Below are positions 1 through 8,900 of a DNA stretch of 64,000 nt, piece after piece. Under the pieces are notes generated by a model, which saw only the letters and a program-made list of their open reading frames with translations, had not been told where the DNA came from and did no database searches. This DNA comes from an uncultured delta proteobacterium (GTDB taxonomy: Bacteria; Desulfobacterota; RBG-13-43-22), in NCBI GenBank assembly GCA_963843145.1, contig CAWJJC010000022.1, positions 320,001 to 384,000 of the forward strand. Direction: 5' to 3'. The position numbers and the translations under genes are program-made. Every line of letters starts with the position of its first letter. Positions within the stretch are counted from its first letter, which is position 1.

Positions 1-1
1 C

Positions 2-952
2 GCTGAAAAGATTAATCTCCGGCTGGGGGTCCTGGGCAACGTGAAATCCGACGGCCGTCCTATTTTTGGTTTTTCGGCCAAGGATCTGGTCAAAGTGGTC
101 CTGGATATCGAACCCGCCTGTCTTTTGGTGCCGGCCCATGTCTGGACCCCCTGGTTTTCGGTCTTCGGCTCTCAGTCCGGCTTTGATTCCCTGGAGGAAT
201 GCTTCGAAGAAGAAACGGCCCATATTTTTGCCATTGAAACCGGCCTGTCCTCGGACCCGGCCATGAACTGGCGCTGGTCGGCCTTGGATAACCTGACCTT
301 AATTTCCAATTCCGATGCCCATTCTCCCGCCAAAATCGGACGCGAGGCCAACATTTTTGAAACCGAGCTTTCCTACCCGGCCATCATCGAGGCCATTAAG
401 CAAAAAGACCCGTCCCGTTTTCCGGCCACCATTGAATTTTTTCCGGAAGAAGGAAAATATCACTTTGACGGCCACCGCAACTGCCGGGTCTGTTTCTCGC
501 CCGGGCAAAGTCGGGAAAACAATGATTGCTGCCCGGTTTGCGGCAAGAAAATCGTAATCGGGGTAATGCACCGGGTGGAAGAACTGGCCGATCGGCCGCC
601 GGGGTTTCGTCCCCCCGGGGCGATTTCGGCCATCCATTTAGTCCCCCTGGAGGAAATCATCGCCGCAGGATACGGTCTGGGGGTAGGATCGAAGCGTGTT
701 CGCCGAGAATACCTGAACCTTCTTGAACGGGGAGGCGCGGAACTGGAAATTCTGTTGGATAAATCGGCCGAGGAGTTGGCCTCCTTTATGGATTCCCGCC
801 TGGTCGAAGGGATCCTCGGGGTTCGTCAGGGGTTGGTCAGTGTGGCCCCCGGTTACGACGGGGTTTATGGTCGGGTTAACCTTTTTTCTGAAAACCCCAG
901 GTCAAACCAAGCCCAATCTCCTCCGGTCGACCGCCAGTTAAGACTTTTTTAA
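2..952 (+). CDS. Endonuclease Q-like PHP-family protein with zinc finger (5' partial)
   Basis: The frame is open from base 2. Motifs: PAHVWTPWFS, ETGLSSD, SNSDAHS, EEGKYHFDGHRNCRVC, CPVCGK...GVMHRVEELADR, PGYDGVYG. The protein ends in QLRLF. Confidence 0.8.
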   Translation, partial: AEKINLRLGVLGNVKSDGRPIFGFSAKDLVKVVLDIEPACLLVPAHVWTPWFSVFGSQSGFDSLEECFEEETAHIFAIETGLSSDPAMNWRWSALDNLTLISNSDAHSPAKIGREANIFETELSYPAIIEAIKQKDPSRFPATIEFFPEEGKYHFDGHRNCRVCFSPGQSRENNDCCPVCGKKIVIGVMHRVEELADRPPGFRPPGAISAIHLVPLEEIIAAGYGLGVGSKRVRREYLNLLERGGAELEILLDKSAEELASFMDSRLVEGILGVRQGLVSVAPGYDGVYGRVNLFSENPRSNQAQSPPVDRQLRLF

Positions 953-2337
953 TCCTCTCCCCGGGCTCTGGCCGGTTTGTCCTTTTTAAAGATATCCGGA
1001 TCAAGATTGTATTTTTTCAATAAGTGATAGAAATCGGCCCGATAACGGCCGGCCAAACCCGAGGCCTTGCTGACGTTACCCTGGGTCATTTCCAAAAGGC
1101 GGATAATATAGCTGCGTTCAAAATCCTCCCGGGCCTCTTTTAAGGGGACCAGCGGTTCATCGGATATTTCCCGACCCTTTAAAATCAAGTCCTCGGTGAT
1201 CAGTTCGTAGGGGGCCATGGCTACAGCGAACTCCAAAGAGTTTTCCAGTTCCCGGACATTACCCGGCCAATCATGGATCATCAATTTTTGCATGGCCATG
1301 GGGGTCAAGCCCTTGACCCCTTTTTTCATCCGTCGGGCCAGTTTCTTCAGGAAAAAGGCGACCAGGGCCGGGATATCCTCCTTGCGCTCCCTCAAGGGAG
1401 GTATGATGATAGGAATAACGTAAATCCGGTAGAATAAATCTTCCCGGAAGTTCCCCTTTTGCATTTCCTCTTCCAGATTCTTGTTGGTGGCCACCACCAC
1501 CCGAATATCGACCGAGATCGATTTTTTTCCTCCTAAGGGATAGAATTGCCGCTCCTGTAGCACCCGCAACAGTTTGGCCTGGATGGACAAGGGCATATCC
1601 CCGATCTCGTCCAGGAAAAATGTCCCTTTATCCGCCTGGGCCAACTGGCCTTTCATCGTGCGTATCGCTCCGGTAAAGGCCCCTTTTTCATAACCGAACA
1701 GCTCGCTCTCCAGTAGCGTTACCGGGATGGCCGCGCAATTGAGGGCCACAAAGGGCTGGTCTTTCCGGGCGCTGGCCAGATGAATGGCCTTGGCGATGAT
1801 CTCCTTGCCCGTTCCGCTTTCCCCCTGGATATAGACCGTGGAATCGGTCTCCGCGGCTCGGGAAACCATGGTGATGATTTCCCGCATCTTTTCACTCTTG
1901 GCAATGATATTGGGGATGTCAAAACGCTCCGAGAGCATTCCTTTCAGGCGTTTGATTTCCTGGGTCAGTTTTTTGTTTTCCAGGGCCTTTTCAATGTCGA
2001 TCAAAAGGGCCCGGGGGTCAAAAGGCTTGGTGAGATAGGTAAAGGCCCCGCTTTTAACGGCCTCTACGGCGGTCTCGATGCTCCCGAAGGCGGTTAAAAT
2101 GATCACGGATAGATCCGGATGAATCAAATGAAGTTGCCTCATCAGCGCGATGCCGTCCATTTTCTGAAGTTGTAGGTCAACCACCGCCAGGTCAAAGGCA
2201 TCTTCCCGGACCAGTTCCTCGGCCCCTTCTTCAGTCAAAGAAGTGGAAACCTCATAATCCGCCGCCTCCAACCGCATCCGGAGGAGTTCCAGCAGGTTTT
2301 TATCGTCATCCACGACCAATATTTTTCCCAAAGACAT
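949..2337 (-). CDS. Sigma54-dependent response regulator (REC-AAA+-HTH), GlrR/QseF-like
   Basis: Receiver domain (VVDDD, D-L-Q), Walker A GESGTGKE, GAFTGA, FLDEIGD and WPGNVRELEN. The C-terminus EAREDFERSYIIRLLEMTQGNVSKASGLAGRYRADFYHLL resembles GlrR. Confidence 0.9.
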   Translation of the reverse strand: MSLGKILVVDDDKNLLELLRMRLEAADYEVSTSLTEEGAEELVREDAFDLAVVDLQLQKMDGIALMRQLHLIHPDLSVIILTAFGSIETAVEAVKSGAFTYLTKPFDPRALLIDIEKALENKKLTQEIKRLKGMLSERFDIPNIIAKSEKMREIITMVSRAAETDSTVYIQGESGTGKEIIAKAIHLASARKDQPFVALNCAAIPVTLLESELFGYEKGAFTGAIRTMKGQLAQADKGTFFLDEIGDMPLSIQAKLLRVLQERQFYPLGGKKSISVDIRVVVATNKNLEEEMQKGNFREDLFYRIYVIPIIIPPLRERKEDIPALVAFFLKKLARRMKKGVKGLTPMAMQKLMIHDWPGNVRELENSLEFAVAMAPYELITEDLILKGREISDEPLVPLKEAREDFERSYIIRLLEMTQGNVSKASGLAGRYRADFYHLLKKYNLDPDIFKKDKPARARGED

Positions 2338-2346
2338 TCGCTTATC

Positions 2347-3180
2347 CTACTTTCTGAGTTGCTTCCGTTTTTTTTCAATCTCCAGGTCGATTTGTTCGGA
2401 CCGCTCCCAAAGCTCCATGATCTGCACCCAGGCCCGGGCCTCTTCGACCCGCAGGCTCTGAGGGAATTCCTTGAGCAGTTTCTTGAAATAAAAGATGGCC
2501 TTCTGGTAATCCTTCTTGGGGTAATTGGCCTGGGCATAAATGAAACCCAGGGCATAGAGGGCTTCATCCGCAGGGGGTTTGTGCCCGTACTTGGTCAGAA
2601 CGGCCTGATTTTCCTCCAGTGCCCGGTCAAAATCATTTTGAGCCCAAAGCTTCTGATTACGGGCCAATAAATCAGTCATTAACCACCGGGGGTCCGACTT
2701 GAACTCTTCCAGTTGTGTCCTGCAGGCCTCCATCTGGGTTTTAGCCTGCTGAAGCTGGCTTTTGGTTTTTTCTCCTTGTTGTAGCGCATCCGCATAAGCC
2801 GTATTTAACCCGATCCAGGCCCGGGCCTCCTCGGCATAGGGACTTTGGGGGAAATCCTTCTGAAGTTTCCACCAGAAGGCCAGGGCTTCTGGAAAATTTT
2901 TTCGGGGGTTTCCCGGCTGGCTTAAAGTGAGGGCCAGCTCTCTCAAGGCCTGGTCCCCCGGTGGTTTATGGGGATAGGCCGACAGGATTTCCTGAAAGAC
3001 TTGGAAGGACCGGTCGTACTTCCCTTCGCCGCGGAATTTTTTCCCCTGGACCATTTTATCCTGAACCTGCTCCCCTTCCCTGATCTCCTGGAAAAAAGTG
3101 CAGGCGGGTAAAAATAGGGTTACGATAAGGGCAACGTAAAATAGAAGGTACTTCCACTTCCCGGTTTGCTTTCGGCCCAC
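2347..3180 (-). CDS. TPR/BamD-like lipoprotein between kinase and regulator (positional analogue of QseG/YfhG)
   Basis: Lipobox LPAC after a hydrophobic segment. Two similar helical TPR-like blocks (…FPQSPYAEEARAW and …FPQSLRVEEARAW) are joined by a coiled coil. Confidence 0.7.
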   Translation of the reverse strand: MGRKQTGKWKYLLFYVALIVTLFLPACTFFQEIREGEQVQDKMVQGKKFRGEGKYDRSFQVFQEILSAYPHKPPGDQALRELALTLSQPGNPRKNFPEALAFWWKLQKDFPQSPYAEEARAWIGLNTAYADALQQGEKTKSQLQQAKTQMEACRTQLEEFKSDPRWLMTDLLARNQKLWAQNDFDRALEENQAVLTKYGHKPPADEALYALGFIYAQANYPKKDYQKAIFYFKKLLKEFPQSLRVEEARAWVQIMELWERSEQIDLEIEKKRKQLRK

Positions 3181-4568
3181 ACTTTTCCTCCATGCGCGGT
3201 AATGATTTTTTTAACGATCGCCAACCCCAGCCCGGTCCCTTTTACCAGCGGCGCCCCCGGTGTGGAGACTTGTCGAAATTTCTCAAAAATTAGCTGCAAC
3301 TGGTCCCCGGAGATGCCCGGTCCATTGTCCTTTACCGACACCTGGATAACCTCCGATCGGACCTCGGCGGCAACCGTGATGGTCCCGCCTTCGGGCGTAT
3401 ATTTTATGGCGTTACCCAGCAGATTTTTCAGTACCTGTAATAGCCGGTCATTATCCAGCGGGACGGCCGGCAACGATTCGGGAAGGTCCAGCCGGAGGGC
3501 GATTTTTTTATTGACCAGCAGGGGCTCCAGCAGTTGCGCGGCAATGGTAAACAAGGGGAGGGGATTGATCCGGGAGAAGTGGAAATGCATCATCCCGGCT
3601 TCCATCTTGGAGAAGTCCAAAAGGGAATTCACCAGCTCAATCAAACGGTTGCTCTCCTCGGAGACGATTCCCATGAGTTTCTGCTGTTTTTCGTTAAGGG
3701 TGCCCCCCACCCCTTCCAGCAGGAGGCTGGTCCCTTCCCGGATCGAGGTCAAGGGGGTCCTTAATTCGTGGGACATGACGGAAAAAAAATCGGATTTCAT
3801 TTTATCGATCTTATTCAATTGCGCACACATGGCATTAAAGGCCCGGGTGAGCCTGGCTACTTCCGGGGGAGACTGGATCTTTAAGTCCCCCTGGTAGTCC
3901 CCTGCGGCCATCTCTTTGGTCTTATCCACCAGGAGGGCAATCGGTCGGGTAATGCTACGGGTAATGAACACGGACATAACGATAATCAGGCCCAGAGTCA
4001 CCCCCCCGATAAAAATAATAAAGCGCAGAGAAGTCTCCTGGGCATCTCCCAATTTCCGTATCCTGGCCAGGTTGTTTTGCTGGGCCGAGACCCTTAATTC
4101 TTCCAACTGGTTGATCACGGTGTTAAGCACTTCCTCTTTCGCCTGATCCTGTTCTTTTCCGAATACCCGTTTTTTTAAGCGGGTAGAGGTCAAGGTCTCC
4201 GCTATCAAGGCGCTATAAACCAGCTCACCCTGGGCGATCCGGGCTAATAAGTCCTTTTCCCGTTCCCCTCCCGGTATGGTCCGGACTTCCGCTAATTGCT
4301 GTCGAAAATCCTCCTGGGCCTGAACATATTGATTATATATCGTCGGGTCCTTAAGAATAGAATATTTTTTTTCATAGCGACTTTGGGACAACAAGGCGTC
4401 GGTCAGCTTCCGGGTGTATTCCTGGATTCGGTTTTCCTGGATCAGGATCTCATTGGTTTCAACGCTGAAGTCCCGCAGCTCAAAAATAACAAATCCGCTG
4501 ATCAAACTGGACCCCAGCAGGATGATCAAGTATCCGGCGATCAGACGTGTCAGGATATTTAGGCGCAT
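3120..4568 (-). CDS. Sensor histidine kinase (2 TM, periplasmic sensor, HAMP, HisKA, HATPase), GlrK/QseE-like
   Basis: H-box SHELRTPL, N-box NLLGNAIKY, DNGPGI and GTGLGL, with two transmembrane segments. Confidence 0.92.
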   Translation of the reverse strand: MRLNILTRLIAGYLIILLGSSLISGFVIFELRDFSVETNEILIQENRIQEYTRKLTDALLSQSRYEKKYSILKDPTIYNQYVQAQEDFRQQLAEVRTIPGGEREKDLLARIAQGELVYSALIAETLTSTRLKKRVFGKEQDQAKEEVLNTVINQLEELRVSAQQNNLARIRKLGDAQETSLRFIIFIGGVTLGLIIVMSVFITRSITRPIALLVDKTKEMAAGDYQGDLKIQSPPEVARLTRAFNAMCAQLNKIDKMKSDFFSVMSHELRTPLTSIREGTSLLLEGVGGTLNEKQQKLMGIVSEESNRLIELVNSLLDFSKMEAGMMHFHFSRINPLPLFTIAAQLLEPLLVNKKIALRLDLPESLPAVPLDNDRLLQVLKNLLGNAIKYTPEGGTITVAAEVRSEVIQVSVKDNGPGISGDQLQLIFEKFRQVSTPGAPLVKGTGLGLAIVKKIITAHGGKVWAESKPGSGSTFYFTLPLS

Positions 4569-4799
4569 GAGTCGAGTTTAGCGGTGAGCAGTAGAATAGA
4601 TCTTCCGCCGGCTTGGCCGTTTGCTGGGATTCACTGATTGTTCTTCTTGCAGGTTAACGCATCCCTAGGCGAATAGTCAAGGGATACCAGGAGAGCCGAT
4701 CCGTCGGGCAGGATAATCGGGATGAGCTGAAACCGGACTTCTTATTTCGCTGGGTAAGGAAAGCGTTTGGTCAGGAACCATCCAGAGAAGAAAAGAGAC

Positions 4800-5832
4800 T
4801 CATGGCTTGGTTTGACCGGATTGGGGGTCCATGATCAGGGACGAGACCGTGACTGCCTCGAAAGCCGAACCCGGGACTTGCTGTAATTCGTGCAGATGAT
4901 CATTGTCCCAGCGTTCATCCGGGACCCCGGTGATATACCAGGCAGAGCCATTGTCGGCCAGGATCATCCCGATATTTCTTGAGGGCGCGCAGGATCACCT
5001 GCACCTCGGGTGAAAAACTGGAAAGATCAAAATCGGACTTGAGACGAAAACGCTGGCCTAAGGGAGGATACTGGGGTTCCGTGTGCCAAGAGGCGTAATG
5101 TCGGGCGGGCCAAATATATTCCTTCCGGGTGGCCGGTGCCGTAAAACGGAGGGCATGCCGGATTTCTCCGGCGGACACTTCTTCATAGCGGACCAGACCC
5201 GGCAGGATCGCCAACCCGGCGGCATCGGCCGAGGTCCAGGTTTCCGGCCGCAGCTCATAGGAATTTAAATTAAATTGAGCGCCGGACCCGGCCTGCCAGG
5301 ATCCGTCGGGCTGAGGCCAGGCATTATAGAGTTCGAACAAGCGGCAGTGATCGCGATCCAAAATTAACACGTGGCGGTCGCCTTCGGCGGAGGGTCCCCC
5401 CTCAATGGGTGGATTCAGCGGAATGGGATAGGGACCCGGGTCGCTTTCCTCCTGGTAATCAAAGGTAACCGGTACCTTGCTCTGGCTTCCCGGGACGACA
5501 ATGAAGGGGATTCCAATCGGCCTCCCTTCCCAGGTCCCCGCTCCAAAGTCGGCATGTACCCCTTTGGTTAAGCCGATGGTTTTAACGAACTGGGCGGAAA
5601 GAGGATCCGTCGGCAAATGATCGATGGGGGTGTTCCAAATATGATCGGCCGGGAAAACCGGACACCCGCTCAGGACAGGGCCGCTGCCGGCTCGAATGAT
5701 GACCGGCAGGAATATTTTTTCCTCAGCCCTCCCGGATATCACTCCCGACAGCGAGGCGAGCCCCCAAAAGATTACCGCCCACCATCCGGTGGAAACGTTG
5801 GATAGAGACCTGCGGGAAAGTTTGTCAAGCAT
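4800..5832 (-). CDS. Secreted hypothetical protein, frameshifted near 4971
   Basis: Signal-like N-terminus, then GCPVFPADHIWN, GDRHVL and WTSADAAGL. After KKY, one extra base shifts the frame. The shifted frame reads GMILADNGSAWYITGVPDERWDND...QTKP and stops at 4800-4802. Confidence 0.65.
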
Positions 5833-5858
5833 ATGAAGGCGGATAGGTACTATTAATC

Positions 5859-5890
5859 AAGGCCCCCGGCAGTGTGTTGCCGGGGGCCTT
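5859..5890 (-). terminator. Strong GC-rich hairpin downstream of the large repeat gene
   Basis: 13-bp inverted repeat AAGGCCCCCGGCA / TGCCGGGGGCCTT with only a weak U-tract. Confidence 0.5.
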
Positions 5891-5927
5891 CAAGAGCCGG
5901 GGGTCCGCCCGGCACACTGCCAGCTAA

Positions 5928-8900
5928 CTATCTCTTTTCCAGTCTTGTCACGAAGTGATAGGAATTGATATTAAAATTGGCGTCGCTGGTGTCGTTGATC
6001 CCATTATAACCGATGCTGGTTATCCGAATTTGATAATCCGAACCGGGTTTCAGCTTCAAGGGCGGGGTCCAGGTGTAGGAACCGTTGCCATTGGCGCCTA
6101 TTTTAGCCGATCGGACAATGTTTCTAATTACCGATCCATTTTTCAGCAGGTCAATTTTCACGGAAGTGCTCGGGTTGCCGGCATAATTCCAATCGATGGT
6201 CTGCGGTTTGCCAGCCTGCCAGGATTCTCCTCCATTGGGTGAGGTCAGGGCCAAGGTATTGGCACCCCACAAATATTGGAGCCGGGAATAGACCGCTCGA
6301 GGCTCTACCGTGTCGGGGCCGGTCCCATTATCCAAGACCCGAACGATGCCCCACCATTCTTCATTGGCATAGCCATCGGGTTGGGTGGTGGTGGCAAAGC
6401 CGCAGCGGCCGTGCAGGGCCGGGTCCGGGTCCGCCGGGCAGGAGGTATCCTCACTGTAACGCCCTTTCCACCATTCGTCCGAGTAGGACATGATCGTTCC
6501 CCCGACGCAGGTTTGGTTATTGGCGGCTATTTCTCTCCACAATCCTTCGGTAATATCCGCCTGAGTCGTTTTTCCTGACTTTTCATATTCATTGCCCCGA
6601 GTGTTATCAAAGGCATCGATCCCGTATTCCAGGATCAGGACCGGCTTAGTAGTTGCCGGACTACTGTCGGCGAACAAGGTCCCGAAAGAATTGCCCCGAT
6701 AGACGTTGGCTCCCCAGATATCCAGGGCTGGAACGGCCCCCTCAAAACCGGCCAGGGTGGCAGCCAGGTTTTGATCGGCCAAAGCCGTGGTTACCGGATG
6801 GGCCTTGGTCCCTTCTTCCAGATGGGCCACTTCCGCCAGTTCGTTGATCAGGCTGAAAAGCTGGGGAAGGCTGTTTCCGTATGCCTGGGGGAGGTTCAAA
6901 TTTTGACCCACCGACCACATCAAGATTGCCGGGTGGTCTTTGTGGGCGGCTACCATTTTCTGAAAATCGGCTTTGATCTGGTCCCGAACATTGGTGGGTG
7001 ATGCGGGATCGATGTCCAGACCATCGTTGATCCAGTAACCCGCAATGACATAAATCGGGTCCGATCCGTCGTTGTAAGCCTGGTCAAGAAAGTCGAAATG
7101 GTCGGCCGATTTTTCCCAGTTGTAGAGGCGGACGACATTGGCCCCCATGGCTTTCAGGACCGGCAGGTCTCGATTATAAATAGCACTATAGGGTGCCGTA
7201 AAGTAATCCCCGTAAGGAGCAGCATTAGGGTCTTCGCCAATGGGTACCGGGGAATAAACCACCCCTTTGACCGTAAAAGGAGCGCCGTTGACCAGGAGTT
7301 GTTTTCCGCTTACGTTGACGGGTGTGGGCTGGTAGGATGTCACGGTTACCGTCACCCCGACACCGGGGTTTTCCACATTGCCCACGTTGTCCGTGGCCCT
7401 GGATTTGATCACATAGGTCCCATTCCGAGGCGCAGTCCAGGAATAATTCCAGAGGATCGTTCCGTCGGCCGGCTTCCAAGTTGCGCCGCCGTCGGTTGAA
7501 ACCTCGACCTTTTGAACTCCGGATCCGCTACCATCCGTGGCCCCTCCGCTTATGGCTACCGCCGGATGTCGCCAAGTGGAGCCACTGGTGGGGTTGCTGA
7601 TCGAGGAATTCGGTTTGTTTGTTTCCAGATTAAAGGTAGCCTGGATGGAGGTATTGGCACTTATCGTGATCGTGCAAGGGTTGGTGCTTCCGCTACAGGC
7701 CCCGGTCCAGCCGCTAAATGTTGAATGGGTGTCGGCCAAGGCCGTGAGACTCACTGAGGTGTTGGCATTGAGGGATTCGTCGCAATCGGTGCCGCAACTG
7801 ATACCGGTCCCGGTCACCGTTCCGCTTCCCGTGCCGTTCTTGGAAACGGTCAGGGTATAGGTGGGATTGGCCGAGAAAGTGGCCTGAATCGTGTGGGCGC
7901 CAGTCACGTTGGAAAAAGAGTAACTTCCGGGGGTTCCTTTGGAAACCCCGTCCACCCGAACTCTATAGATCCGGTAGCCCGTATCGGGGGTGATGGTAAA
8001 GGTCTGGGAGGCGCCGGAGTTGACGTTGATCCCGCCGGAGGGCGAAATGGAACCGCCGCTCCCGGCCGAGGCGGTGATGGTGTAAGTTTTAAGGGCGAAA
8101 GCGGCGGTTACCGTAGTATTGGCATTCATGGTGACCGTGCAGGGGTTGGTGGTTCCGCTGCAGGCCCCGGTCCAGCCGGTGAAATTCGAGTTGGCATTGG
8201 CCGCGGCGGTCAGACTGACCACAGTCCCGGCATTAAAGGAGGTCCCGGTGGGTGCGTTGGTCACGGTGCCGCTGCCGGTTCCGTTCTTGGAAACGGTCAG
8301 AGTATAGTTAGGATTGGCCGAGAAAGTGGCCTGAATCGAGTGGGCGGCGGTCACGTTGGAAAAAGAGTAACTTCCGGGGGTTCCCTGGGCAACCCCGTCC
8401 ACTATCAGACCGGCAATCTGGTAGCCCGAATTGGGGGTGATGGTAAAGGTCTGGGAGGCGCCGGAGTTGACGTTGATCCCGCCGGAGGGCGAGATGGAAC
8501 CGCCGGTCCCGGCCGAGGCGGTGATGGTGTAAGTTTTAAGGGCGAAAGCGGCGGTTACCGTAGTATTGGCATTCATGGTGACCGTGCAGGGGTTGGTGGT
8601 TCCGCTGCAGGCCCCGGTCCAGCCGGTGAAATTCGAGTTGGCATTGGCCGCGGCGGTCAGACTGACCACAGTCCCGGCATTAAAGGAGGTCCCGGTGGGT
8701 GCGTTGGTCACGGTGCCGCTGCCGGTTCCGTTCTTGGAAATGGTCAGAGTATAGTTAGGATTGGCCGAGAAAGTGGCCTGAATCGAGTGGGCGGCGGTCA
8801 CGTTGGAAAAAGAGTAACTTCCGGGGGTTCCCTGGGCAACCCCGTCCACTATCAGACCGGCAATCTGGTAGCCCGAATTGGGGGTGATGGTAAAGGTCTG

